DNA of 61,553 nucleotides, the filler included, from Choristocarpus tenellus KU-1152 (lineage: Eukaryota; Protista; Phaeophyceae): the NCBI GenBank assembly GCA_964200185.2. It is 10 parts of 10 records of this genome, joined end to end, with 100 filler letters (N's around TTAATTAATTAA, not from the genome) between each part and the next. Parts side by side here need not be neighbours in the genome. Positions count along the whole stretch, not along the records: positions 27,006 to 30,362 come from CAXNAD020020567.1; positions 30,463 to 33,589 come from CAXNAD020022127.1; positions 33,690 to 39,472 come from CAXNAD020009766.1; 7 more parts are not named here. One strand, written 5' to 3'. Each line of letters opens with the position of its first letter. Positions within the stretch are counted from its first letter, which is position 1. The position numbers were made by a program, and so were the translations under genes. Shown one piece after another: positions 26,906-39,572 of the stretch. Under the pieces are notes generated by a model. It was not told the DNA's origin, searched no databases, and saw nothing but the letters and a program-made list of their open reading frames with translations.

Positions 26906-27005
26906 NNNNNNNNNNNNNNNNNNNNNNNNNNNNNNNNNNNNNNNNNNNNTTAATTAATTAANNNNNNNNNNNNNNNNNNNNNNNNNNNNNNNNNNNNNNN
27001 NNNNN
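26906..27005. other. Artificial contig spacer
   Basis: Same 100-nt spacer. Confidence 0.98.
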
Positions 27006-27069
27006 ATATTTAAAAAAATTTTGAATGAATTTGAGTGTGTAGGGATTTTTTTGTTTTTTTTTTTTTTTT

Positions 27070-27108
<39 letters not shown>

Positions 27109-27514
27109 GGAGTGGAATTGTTTTTGTTTTTTTGTTTGGAAGTTGTCATTGTGTATGTACTTCGGTTCTTCCAGGCGATTCGTTGATTGGAAAGCACAGG
27201 CAGGCTATTTTTCGATTTTTTTTTTTCTGGAAATTTGAGTGGAAATTTTCGAGAAGATTTTTGGATACAGAAGAAGATATATATATTTTTTTCCATTTTC
27301 GGAAATTTGTATTCTGATTATTGATTTGAAAAAATGACCATTCTCTGTAAGGAGAATAACAAAAAAAACTATCAAGGATGGGTGAGTTACTGCCAAACAG
27401 CCTATATGTATAGTGCTTGTCTAATAGCTCACTTCTATTATCCCTAACCCTATCTGCTTTTCTTCCCCCCTGTTTCCGGCTTCCTACTCTCCTGAACCTC
27501 TTTTCTTTGTGCAG

Positions 27515-28864
27515 TTGATCAAGTTTGCCAAGGACAACCATGCAACATGTGCCTCCTGTAACCGCCAAATGAACGATGAGGTGGGGGGGGGGGAGGGGCT
27601 GAGTGGATTCAGGAAAACACCTTCAGTTTGTCCTGTTGCAAATACTAATATGGAAACCTACTTTGAAGCTTGTTTACTTGCATTGAGCTTTTCTAATTTT
27701 TTATACTCTATAAAACGTTTTTATTGGGAGTAAGAAATACTATGTAGTGGACTTGGATGGGCTGGAATGGTACATGTGGGAGTACACCTTCTCTATACAA
27801 GTAAGTGTGAAATAGCTCTGTTTGAAATATCGGGGGGGGGAAGAAAGTGGTTTTGTTTATTTTTAACTATGTAATTTGTTCTTCTGTGTGTGTGTGTGTG
27901 TGTGTCTATTGGTGTTGGCTTGATTTGGAAATGGCAGAAGGACAAGAATGAAAGGAAAAAGTAATTTAAGTACCAGGTTAACCCCATCTATTTCATAATT
28001 ATGGAGGAAAAATCCAAGGGTGGGGTTGGAATGGTGATATTAGTACCTACAGCACTTGGGATGGATAGGTGTACACATGGGATCCTGGTAGAGTTTGGTA
28101 GGGCAGGAGTGTGGGGGGGAGGGGGTGTAGTGATTGTGACCTAATCCTGCATGGCAAGGGAGGCAGGGTACTTTTTTGTTTTTAATTACACTTCACCTGG
28201 TCTTGTTCTGTGCTATTGCTGATATTGTTGTGTTAGTACGAGATTCCAGGCAACAGACTGTGAGATGTGGTTAGGGCTTATGTGGAGTATATCTACACAT
28301 GCAAATAGAAGCGTGCCTCTGAATATAGACTGTGGAGCACACAATTGTTACAGTGAAGAAAAACTTGTTTTTGGTTTGCCTCAACTCCTCACAGATACAA
28401 TTGCAGTTACAGTTTCACATACAGAATCTTTTGATTTTTTCATATGTAGTGAAGCAAATTTTTGTGTGTGTCTGTGTGTGCTGGAGAGTGGACCATAACC
28501 TCTTCGTTGAGGCTGGCTGACTGGCTGGTTGACTGTTTGGGGTAGGTGGTCTTGACACAACATGTACTTATGTACACACGCAGGAGTGGCACCTGAGCAA
28601 CAAATGCAGACTTTTGCTTCTAGTGACAGACAGCTGTATATATCTTCAGCATGTATGGGCATATGCAAACACAATTGAAATTTTCAACCACTATTCCTGT
28701 GGTGTTATTTTTGTGTTTGTGTGTGTGTCATCTAGGAATATCGCAAGTTCAAGGAGAAATGTCAGGAGGACGTGGGTGACAGGTGGCAGGTTCAGCTAGG
28801 TAATGCCTCCAGGGCGGTGACAGCGGCTACGGCTGCTGCAAAGGAGTTGGAGAACCTGGCGCAG
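27515..28864 (+). CDS. Partial RAD50-like gene: zinc-hook exon plus coiled-coil exon
   Basis: Exons 27515-27580 and 28736-28864 (AG/GT, phase 0) give LIKFAKDNHATCASCNRQMNDEEYRKFKEKCQED...AAAKELENLAQ. This is a CxxCxR motif followed by EExxF and helical sequence, as at the Rad50 hook. Confidence 0.5.
27885..27905. repeat. (TG)n microsatellite
   Basis: Direct reading of the sequence. Confidence 0.85.
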
Positions 28865-30255
28865 GTATGCTTTCTGTTAGATGTAGGCATGTGGTACATA
28901 GACTGAATATACTACGACTTGACAGGCATGGAAGATGGAGTATAAAAAGGGAGGGGGGGAGGAAGGAGGGGCACGTAGAGAAGAAGGGAGGCGCTGGTAC
29001 CACCGTGGAGACTTGTGTCTTATGTTGATGTGAGACTACCATCACGAATTTGTGCAGTAGGTAGTGAGGAGTACTGCACAGGAGGCGTTTGTAGATATCT
29101 GATTTTTGCAATAATAGTAGTAGTGTATGTATATTGTTTTTGTAGGTTATATATGTATGCATCCTACATACGGATATGTATATGTATATGTATGTGTGTA
29201 TGTACATTGGTTGTGTACATATCTCCTGCTGATTATATTGTATTGGATAATATGAATACTGTTGTATAAGCGGTATGCGTATGTTGTGTGTTTGCGTTAG
29301 GAAAATAAGTGCAGTCCAAGAACTGGTGGCGAGATGATATTGAGGACAAAGATTGTATCAACAGATCGGTATGATGTTATGTAGTATAACGCCAATATAC
29401 CAATGTACCGCTGAAGGTATACTCCCAATACTTCATACCGTCTTTGGTTTCTTTCACAGTCAAGTCACACCATTCGACAGACTCTTATAACTTTGATATT
29501 TACTTCACTTCATACGATGAAGAGCGGGCTTGTGTTTGATGGTAGATCTTAGACCTTTTTTTAACTCTGCACTACTGTAGGGTAGTGCATGACAAGTGTA
29601 ACTGCAACCCCTGTTGGAGAATTAATTTTTGTTGAAACTGTTGCCCTGCTCCTCATAGTTTTTTTTTCCCCCAATGTATATTATTGGTGGTAAGCTAAGC
29701 AACCCCTTCTTGAAAGGTTTGGATTGAAGGCATGTTGAACCGTAGATAGATAGATAGATAGATGTTCTTCTTCTCTCATAGTGTAGGTGATAGTGCAGAG
29801 AAATTGCCACCATTTTCAAATTAAAATGGTTACATTCTTAAATATATATATATATTTTTTATGCTTCATAATTTTTTTAAATTCTACTTTTGTAAAAAGG
29901 AATCTTGATATGCTCATGTATATATATTTTTTTCAAGAGGAAAATGTACCAAAAAAGAGGCCTCCCCCCACGTTGTTCCCACAACACGCAAAGGATACTC
30001 TGGCCACTCTCTTCCCATTTGCTTGAGTCACCCCTAGTCCCAACCACAAGTGGGAAAGTAGTTGGTGATGACAGTTTCAGGTACCGTTCTGACTTCAAAC
30101 CTCTACCTGGAAGATATCCTGATGTTGTAGGAGAGCATGATACAAGGAAGTTGCAGAGTGGGCAGTACGATATGACTGGGAGACAAGCCAACAACCTTAT
30201 GATATATTTGGCTTATACCATTGATGGTATAGGTCATACCGACGTGCCATCCCAT

Positions 30256-30292
<37 letters not shown>

Positions 30293-30362
30293 CTGTGGGG
30301 GGATTTTTTTTTTTTTGTTTCCCTTCAGTGGTGGTGGGCGGGGGTGTGCGGTGTTTTTGTGT

Positions 30363-30462
30363 NNNNNNNNNNNNNNNNNNNNNNNNNNNNNNNNNNNNNN
30401 NNNNNNTTAATTAATTAANNNNNNNNNNNNNNNNNNNNNNNNNNNNNNNNNNNNNNNNNNNN
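30363..30462. other. Artificial contig spacer
   Basis: Same 100-nt spacer. Confidence 0.98.
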
Positions 30463-30694
30463 CGAAGGTCGTGTAGTGCAGTGTTCTCACTCCTGCTGGG
30501 ACATCATAACACACGACACAGTAGACAGACAGCACGACAAGAAGGACGGCATAGTAAGCTACGGTGCAGGCAATCTTTTCATTAAGTGAGTTCCTGACAA
30601 TATTTCCATGGCATCTCCAAAATGTCAGGTCGTACCCTCCACAACACCAGACTCATCAGATACATCTCGTGGAAGGAGGGTAGACGTCAAAGCA

Positions 30695-33488
30695 CTAAGT
30701 TCCATGGCACATGGAAACCTCCAAAAAAACGACACATCCAAGAAACAAAGGACGAGCAATCCACATGATGTACAAGCAGCCAAGACTTATGTGCAAACCA
30801 ACGCGAACACAAACACGCAGAGACGATTTGTGTGTCCGTATAATGTGTAACCACGCCGAGACCCACATGCACTCCTCCGTGTCGGCCGTTTCGTTGCGTG
30901 AGGGGGGACGTAAAAGACTTTGCCTCGTAGGTGACCCGCCAGCGCTCCTTGCGTGAGCCTTACCCTTGCCCTTGCCCTTGCCACTGCCCCTGCCCCTGCC
31001 CCGACCCGCCGCTTCGTTCCCCACCGATCCAGACACGATACTGTCCTCCTGTGCCACGGGGCAATTGATACATAATCGATCCTTGTGCCTCCCGTCGTCT
31101 ATAATCTCCACGTAGGCACATTCGCCCATATGCGCGATGGAACACTTTGGGCATGAATACCTGTTGCACGTGTCATCGAATCAGAGCATTAAACAGACAG
31201 GATAGTATTTTTCCAGATCATTAATTGGGCGCAACAACGCAACGCGGGGATCCACGGTTACGAAGGACCACGAAATTGGCCGCGCAAAACAGCACGAAGT
31301 AGTACAGGTGGGATACAACAGTCGGTGATGTACATGCATTAACATACAATCGGACAGTGGCAAATAAAGAGACGTGGGGGTAGCGACCGCAGCGCCGCAT
31401 ATAGAGGGACCCCGCAACATACCATCGATTCAATGGCGTGCGCCCATGAAAAGATACAATGTATCTATCCGTTCAGGGGATTGGCTGGAACCCAATCTTA
31501 CGCTATTAATTACACTCTGTCCTCTTGTGCACCGTTACAACTACATTACTCACCGAGACGTAGGTAGAGGATTGCATTCAGTACAGCAAACGCCCACATT
31601 CCACCCTCCATGGCCGTTTTGTTCTTCTTCCGCACCAGGAACACTGCCAACAGAACCCCCTTTGCCCGTATCCTCCCTGTCTGGCAGTCTGTTCCCTCCC
31701 TCGTCTTCGTCCCCTCCTTTGTCTTCGTCCCCTCCCTCGTCTCCATCACCTCCTTGGTGTTCGCACCCTCCCTCGTCTTCTTTCTCACGGCCATCTGATG
31801 CCGATCCGTTGTTGCTCTTAACTTCTGCGCTGCCGCCATTACAGCCCCGCCCACTGTGAACCTGGTGGAGGTTGACCTGGTTGAGTACATCCTGGTATTT
31901 CCCATCCCAGGTGGTGAGGTAAGTGCGTAGAGTCGAGTCCTTCTCGAGAATCTAGTAGTGGACACGGCGGAGGACGTCATTGAGGAGAGGAGGGGACGAT
32001 GGTGACGTCTTAAATGTGATAGTGTAATGGAAGTATGATAGCATGGAGGAGCGAACAGAGCAAACGATACGGTTGACATGGTGAACGTGTTTAATGGAGG
32101 CGGCTTGCGGGGCGAAATAGATTGAAATAAGTCCATGTCGAGGACGCCAGTCCGTATGTAGGTTTTTCAGTGACGCGTGTTGGAGGAAGAAACGATGTGG
32201 CGGTTGACCAAGATCGTTGTCTACAGTTGAAGGAAACGATTGGCTATTCCCGCTATTAGCAACGAAAGACTAGAACTGACAAAACAGCAACGTTTGTAGT
32301 ATGGAAAGCAACTCTGTCGCTCATGATGATGACGAAGACCCACCACCAATCCTACCAAGCATCAACTATTTTTTTCGGTACAAGCCATTTCAGCTGTAAT
32401 TACGAACACAGGAGGCACACTCACCGCTCTGACCCGTTGCAGAGGTTTCATTCCGACTACCGTGGAGATGTTTGCCCTCAGTTGGCAGACGGGCCCCGCC
32501 TGTTGGTCGCCAGATGAAACCTTCTGCAGAATTTGGGCCACCTCCCTCTTCCTCTCCTCGTAGTGGGGCTCGACCCAGAGATCATGCATACTGCACTTCT
32601 CGTATGCGAGCTTGTCCATTTCCCTGGCAGCCCGTGCATCTTTCACGTAACGTCCGGAATTCAGAACGGTTTTGCAAAAATCAATAAGTGCGGTACAGAA
32701 AAAGATGCTGACGGCGTATTTTACAATTCAGGGGCGCATGGCGACGTATGGGTGCACAGGAGATACGGAAAAGGAAAAAAAAGATAACCGCTGCAACTAC
32801 ACCATTTACCAACCTTTGGAGCTCTAGAGTCCACTTCTCCTTGGGCACAATCTGCCTGATGCGCGAGATAACCATCTCAGACATGTGCACGTCCGATTCA
32901 ATGTCCTTGTGGTTCCTCGCCGTAGCAGCCTTCCCGTAGAACGACTTGTACCTGCTAAAATAGAATTGCCATGAAGGACGTCAACGAAAACGATGCGCAG
33001 GTTATGAAGAGGAAAGGGTCGCCACTGCAGCAAATATTCATTACTCGATTGTCATACTTCCTAAAAGACACGAGCGAACATACACAGGAAACACACACTG
33101 TTTGTAGAATTCCCATAATATTACGAAGGGATTTTCGTTCGACACAACAATGGTCAACTACATTCTTCATCACAGGAGACACTTATTTCACACTCCTGTG
33201 CAATGTGCTGCGACCTACACAAATTGCGCTTACTGCTGTCTACACGATAAAACACAGTGGCGTTTTGACTTACCTAGCAAGCAGGTGGATGCATAGCCCC
33301 TGCTTGAGAGAAGTGAAGCCGGCAAAGTCCTCGCTCATCAGATAGTTTAGTGTGACTGCGTTGCAGTCAATCTGTGGTGACGAGGTCTCACACACTTCCT
33401 TCAGTACCTGGAAGGACTCTGGTCGAAGGGACTTTATGCCTTGCTGCCAGTTTCGTAGAGTTGTTTTCGTCGGGGGAGTAACGCCCAC
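30695..33488 (-). CDS. Partial spliced gene or pseudogene of unknown function with acidic linker and ADD/PHD-like zinc finger
   Basis: Likely exons 33488-33274, 32951-~32814, ~32707-~32461, 31853-31554 and 31160 onward. The last two join in frame to VCCTECNPLPTSRYSCPKCSIAHMGECAYVEIIDDGRHKDRLCINC. The middle junctions and 3' end are uncertain. Confidence 0.5.
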
Positions 33489-33589
33489 CTTCACGATGGG
33501 CAGAAAACGGAAAATATTATGCACCCAGCCAGCGAGGATGAGACATCGTTATTACCACGCCAACAGGGTATGTATGTAGGGGGGGGGGG

Positions 33590-33689
33590 NNNNNNNNNNN
33601 NNNNNNNNNNNNNNNNNNNNNNNNNNNNNNNNNTTAATTAATTAANNNNNNNNNNNNNNNNNNNNNNNNNNNNNNNNNNNNNNNNNNNN
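33590..33689. other. Artificial contig spacer
   Basis: Same 100-nt spacer. Confidence 0.98.
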
Positions 33690-33989
33690 CTAGTGATTAG
33701 TTGAATGATAATTTTTCTCATATAAAGGAAATACTTCTGATATTATGGGACCTTGCATGCCCCACCTAGATTTAATCACTCTACCGACACCAAGCAATCT
33801 CGCTGGGTTTATCACCCTTATTCTCTTTGATGATTTTGGGGTACTTTAACTCACCCCACTACCGTTGGATGTTTTTCATGTCCTCCGGGGCCTTTACTAT
33901 CCAGACACAAGACCACGCCCAACTGACATCATCCTCAGAGTCTGCCAAGAAACCCTCTTGAGAGGATTCATTGCACCTTTTCCCCCACA

Positions 33990-34151
33990 GGTACCACTGT
34001 CAAGAAGTCGTGGAAAGACGAGAAAGGAAGAGACAAGTGGTACACTGGCACAGTATTCGACTTATAGTCACCTTACTGGAGGGTATGGTTTAATGATGGA
34101 GATTGGGAGGAGTTAAACAAGAGTGAAATGAGTCGCTTCTCCCAAAGATGA
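33990..34151 (+). pseudogene. Tudor-like domain fragment with in-frame stop
   Basis: GTTVKKSWKDEKGRDKWYTGTVFDL*SPYWRVWFNDGDWEELNKSEM matches the Tudor-like pattern GxxVxKxF...YxGxV...YxVxY/FxDGDxEEL. Confidence 0.55.
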
Positions 34152-34339
34152 TCCAACAGGTAACAACTGTATGCCAGAGGACAAGGTGAGGAACAGTTAA
34201 GTGTGCCAGAAGAGGGGGGTAAGGTATTGATAGTCATAAGATAGCAAGAGTTGGAACCAAGAAGTCGCCCACATCAGAGCATACACTAATATGTATGGGT
34301 TGTATACCCTGTAGTCTTGTGAAAAAACCCAACCAATAC

Positions 34340-34755
34340 ATTAATGTTTCTCTCTCTTCCTATTTTGTACCTGTTTTCTGTGATCTTGAATTTTCTATTA
34401 ATTCATTTTTATTTTCAAGAATATCTCACAATTATGTTCTTAGATATATTTATTTATTTTATCTTGTTAGTTCTGATCCCACCATCCTTTTATTTATATT
34501 TTTTCATTTTTTCCATTTTTGTTACTGCCATTATCCACCGACTGTTTTTCTCTCTCTTTTCTCTTGCTTTCTTCGTTTTAATTTTTCTATTTTTCTATTT
34601 TGTATCCCTTTTTTTGTTACCCTCATTATATCCATGATTTTTTTTCTTCTTTTCTTTCTGTTTCTTTCTCCCATTTTATTTATTCTTTCTATTTTTTTTC
34701 ATCTCATTAGCCATTTTTTATTTTGTTTTATTTTGTTTTATTTTTGTCTGTTTTA
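34340..34755. repeat. T-rich low-complexity tract
   Basis: Strongly T/C-skewed sequence. The 168-aa Phe-rich ORF here is a compositional artefact. Confidence 0.75.
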
Positions 34756-35397
34756 CGCACTAACATCGTTCTTGAGTATGCTTTGTGCTTGGGGGACATA
34801 GGACAGGCAATAATCAGATGTCGAGTAGGTCATGAATAATATGTCTATTCCTTGATAGCACTTGCAATTGTAACTGGGAAGATTGGAACGGAAGACCCAT
34901 TAATTGTAGGTCTAATCAGACCTATATACTTGGTAAGTATTGAAGGTTCGGTTCAGAAGGATGTACTCGGATTAGGCCAGACACAATTTGAGCGAGATTG
35001 TATCCTGTAACCTTGTGGAAAGACACTTTCAAAGGGAACATGGACATAAATTTATCACATTTGTGATTAGTAGGGAGATCAGAACTGGGGACCCATTTAT
35101 TCCAAGCCATTTCAGAGTCGTATGCCTTTTAACCTTTGAAGTGTGTTTCAGAAGGAGCAAATTTATACTCAGATTAGGCCAGCTGCAAAGTGACTCTGAT
35201 GGTATTCTGTGACTCTTGGGACAGATTATCCCAAGGAAAAGGGTATTTATTGATCTATTTTGGGCCTAGTTGGAGTCAGATATTTTTGTTATGAAAGTAT
35301 ATACTCTGATTTGGTCAGACATTTATTGGTCCTTGTCTTAAGTCTTTTGAGAATCCGTTCCCAAAAGAAACCAGGAAATGAGTTGATCATTGTTCGA

Positions 35398-35465
35398 AAC
35401 AACTGGTTAATTTGGAACTGGAGTCCTTGTGTTGGAAACAACTGGTAAGTTTGGAACTGGAGCCC
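35398..35465. repeat. Two-copy ~40-bp tandem duplication
   Basis: AACAACTGGTTAATTTGGAACTGGAGTCC / AACAACTGGTAAGTTTGGAACTGGAGCCC. Confidence 0.7.
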
Positions 35466-37354
35466 CTCTGTCATTCAATGGCAGCCAATACATGCTGCTG
35501 CAGCACGATCGGAGGTGACGGTTGATATCTACTGTCTAAACCGGTGACAATCGCATGTGGTAAGCTTGAAACACGTATACCTAGTTCACGCTGGGGGGCA
35601 TGTTACAGGCAAATAGCGTGAGTATTTCTTCCTGCGCTTTAACTGGCGTGAGCAGTGTATGCTCATGTGGAACCTCAAAAGGGGAAACTCCGATTTGCAA
35701 AGGTTGCAGAGTGAAATCTGGTACTTGGGAGGGTTGCAACATTTCTCAGATGCATTCCAACGTCTGGCGAAATTTCCAGGGATGGGAATCAGAGTACTCT
35801 CTCTGGTGATGACACATTTGTTGATCCATTTTGAGATTAAAAAATAAATGCCACTTGTTAAGCCATCTCCTGTCATTGAGTCGCTCCCTCCTGCTACTCC
35901 AATCAATCAGCATCAGTTCAAGATGATCCCAACACTATCGTACGTAATCTATTACTTACGAATTCGTCATTATCCATTCATAGTCATACAGATGATCCCG
36001 AAGTAAGACGTCATTTAGAAGAATAAATGGATTTCTATTTGAGGGTATATTTACTTTGCAGTCAACCTCGATCATCTCCTCCATCTCATCAACAACATAC
36101 CAAACGATAGATCCAAAAGGTGGTGGACAATGGAATGGTACATCAACTGCTAGCAATTTAAAATATGGAAGTACTAGGAAACTATGTGTCGTACTACTAT
36201 TACTACTTACTACTATTGAGATACCATCAACAATCATTTTTTTAAGATTGGAGATTTAATTTTATGTCCCCTCATGATTTTCTCTCGATGTAGCAGGTAA
36301 CTAGATTTTTGTGTGCCTAATCTGCGAAGACCATCTATTTTCTTTCAAACACCATGTATTTTCTTAGTATCAGTAGAACGATGTCAGATCCACAATATTG
36401 GATTACTTATCTTTTACATTACATTAAATGTCAATGTGGTCACCCTCTTCCCCTTCTCCTTTTCCCAAACAAAAACTTTGGTCTATATCATACTTAATGC
36501 AAGGGAGTGAAACACACGTGGGAAGTGGGCAAGGATTGAGCATTGTCGAGCATACCCGACCTTCTTGTGCTTAGTTCCTGTGGCGTATCTGGTGCTTCCT
36601 GCCCATACTAAGACGTCACGAACCCTAGGAACACGGAAAGGTGACGGTTTCTCATCAAGAACTGTCGAGATCGGTGAAGATTTCCGCATTGTAGGTGTTC
36701 AGAGGTACTATTCTTATGATGTGCATTGCATGATTTCCAAGTTAGAAGCGTAAATGGGGTCCAAGACTGATCATGGCCAATCCCCGATTGCATGGAGCTT
36801 TTCAAAAAGAGGTGGTAATATAAGTAAGGTTCAATTCGTCCTAGTCCTTCTGTGACGTGGAGCATTTCCTTTGACGAAGAAAGGATCCACCTACCTTCCT
36901 TGGTATTGGCTCCTCGACAGCCCTGGTGGATTACTTTTCTTCGTTTTTAATATCATTTGTTAGGCAAAAGCAGTCTTGTCTCGTGTCATCACAAAGACAC
37001 TGTCTCCCTGAACTTCCACTCCACCCACCCACCCTTGGATAAGGAAACAGTCATTGTCACGAAGAAGAGCACTCGGTCGCACTATTGATTCTAAGGCGTA
37101 TCGGACATGCCATCAATATCAGAATTTTGATGGACTGGTGCTGAGTATGCTTGGTTCCATTAGCATTTTTCACCGTACTCAACACTCAACATTTCTGTAA
37201 GTATCAATGTTGGAACAACACCATGAACAAGACCATGACTCTGTCCCTGCCAAAGCTATTGCTGACTGCACCTGTACCCCTGACAACAGAGTGATACCCA
37301 ACAGTACGAAGCTGAGGAGGACTCCAAGGCTTTGGAAGTATCATCATATATCCG

Positions 37355-38955
37355 ATGGAACCAGAAGGGGACAATTGTGCCCTCTTATCAAAGCATGTGC
37401 AAACTTCACGTCCAACCGTATCCGTGCAAGACATTGTGGATAATCACTGCCTTGTGAAGGATAAGGATGGATGCAGGAAAAAGGTAGATGGCGAGATGTG
37501 GGGTCAGGACCGTACTCAGCACATTGATCAGGCCCAGCAAGAATGTAATTCCTTGGGAGATAGTGAGGGCAGTGCGAAAGGAAAAATCAATGACTATGAG
37601 CAGGGAAAAGGCAAAGGTGGGTATGAAGGACATGATGCAATCTTTGTGGATTCTTCCGAGAAATGTTCTGCGAAGCAAGATGCAGGTACCTCTTGCAGTA
37701 AACAGGATGGGTTATCCTCTTCCCACTCCTTCCCTCCCTATGCGACTAAAGAAGAGTTTGGATCAAACCCAAAGGATACAATTGGGATTGGATCTAGGGT
37801 CTCAACCTTTGATAAAGACATTGCAAACAGCATCAAGGTCCTGCAGCGAGCTGGTGACGATATTGAGTGCCCACAGAAGAACACCAGTGGGCCAGATTCC
37901 AGCAGTGAGACGACAAGTTACGTTGACAAAGTTAATGACAACCCAATGATGTCAGCCTGTAAAATCCAGACTTCAAGTGTGTACAACGAAGGTGAACATG
38001 AGGCCAGTTTTGAAGATCATTTGAAAATTGCAGTAAGTCAAGGCACAGATACCGTACAGGATGTGGTATCCTCTGGCCAACACATCCCTTCCCATGTGAA
38101 TGAAGGGAAGCGTGTATTGAAGACAGGAGATCCTCTTGGAAGTGAGCTTTGCACTACAACGGTCACCAATACACAAACTAATCGTGATAAAATTCAAACT
38201 GAAGACCTTGGTACATCTAGGGGCACAACCTCTGATCAGGATGCGAGTAAGAGTCCAAAGCAGGACAACAGTGGGAAAGGGGTCTATAAAGATGTTTTAA
38301 ATTTTTTCAAAGGAGTAAAAAACACTCTCAATCCTCCGACTCCCAGAAAGTCTCAAGTCGCAGCAGATCCTAAGACTGTGGCATCTGGAAAGGTGGAGAA
38401 CATAGATTCCAAGGATTTCGTTGCCATGGTAAGCGAAAGCGATTCCTTAAGGTGTTTCGCATGTGCTTGTTGGAACTCTTTTGATAGAGTACAGGGGAAC
38501 CACACTTCTTCTGAAACCACAACTGAAATATTTTTTTGTCACACGCATTTGTGAAGACCTAATCCTAACCCTCTGACCCTAAGTTGTGCGGAAATATTCT
38601 CAAGAAGTTTCACACTGTTGTGCAGCAGTACAAGTATGCACTTGGGAACCAGCATGAGAGGATCCAAGGGTGTAATATCTTGTTCACCCTGTTCTTTATC
38701 CCCAACCTTGAACTCTCCATGAAAAGAACCCTAACCTTCGTTTGAGAAAGTGAAAAAGTACGACAGTGGAGTAGTTTCCTATCAATGGGTTTGTTGTGCA
38801 CTCCAGCGTTATTGTCTTGTCCCTCCACTCCTGCTACCCTGTCATCTTCTCAACACCACTTTACAGGTGGCTGGCCGTAAGTGTAATAACAAAAAGGAGG
38901 CTGAAGAGAACATGGGTTTGTTGACTGATCTGCTGAGGGAGAACCAATGCCTTAG
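37355..38955 (+). CDS. Partial gene, unknown protein (long hydrophilic exon plus short exon)
   Basis: The 399-aa S/D/K/T-rich ORF has a donor ATG|GTAAGC at 38428/38429. An in-frame next exon at 38867-38955 reads VAGRKCNNKKEAEENMGLLTDLLRENQCLR. The 5' end is unresolved. Confidence 0.55.
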
Positions 38956-39472
38956 GTGCGGCATTGCAAAAATACTATCATATGTAGTTACCCTCAATTC
39001 CCTGTACCACCTTCAAATGGTACATAAAATAGTTGGTTGAGGAACATCTGATGCCAATTGACATCCTTGATCGTCAAGTGGTGATACGAACACAATGTCT
39101 TCATCGCGTATGAAGGATAAATTGCCGACGTTTGATGTGCAACCAAAGAATCTACCAAATATACGTTTCTTGCTTAATTATTCCGACTATAAGCTCCGCA
39201 ATACACAACACCCTGCCCCAGCGAAAGGTAATCCGTTTTCATTACTGTCTAGTTAATTTTTGAATGATAGTGTTCCTTTCCGTTTGTGTGGTGGGGGGCC
39301 CATACAGTACCTCTTTACCTACACTTTCTTTCTATTGTGGTCTCTAAATACTTGTGATACTCCCCTTTGGTTCATGTAATGGAAGGAATATGGCACACCT
39401 GAAACCATCTAACAAACTTACCGATACTGGGTCAAAGTATCTTGGGGGGGGGTGTCGGCGTCCGTTTTTCAC

Positions 39473-39572
39473 NNNNNNNNNNNNNNNNNNNNNNNNNNNN
39501 NNNNNNNNNNNNNNNNTTAATTAATTAANNNNNNNNNNNNNNNNNNNNNNNNNNNNNNNNNNNNNNNNNNNN
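39473..39572. other. Artificial contig spacer
   Basis: Same 100-nt spacer. Confidence 0.98.

Noticed and set aside
11375-33488. Apparent cluster of nucleic-acid genes (nuclease, UPF2-like, RAD50-like, ADD-like) as one system
   Set aside because: Each lies on a different contig joined by artificial spacers, so there is no linkage evidence.
34295-34801. 168-aa hydrophobic ORF as a membrane protein
   Set aside because: It arises from a T-rich low-complexity tract.
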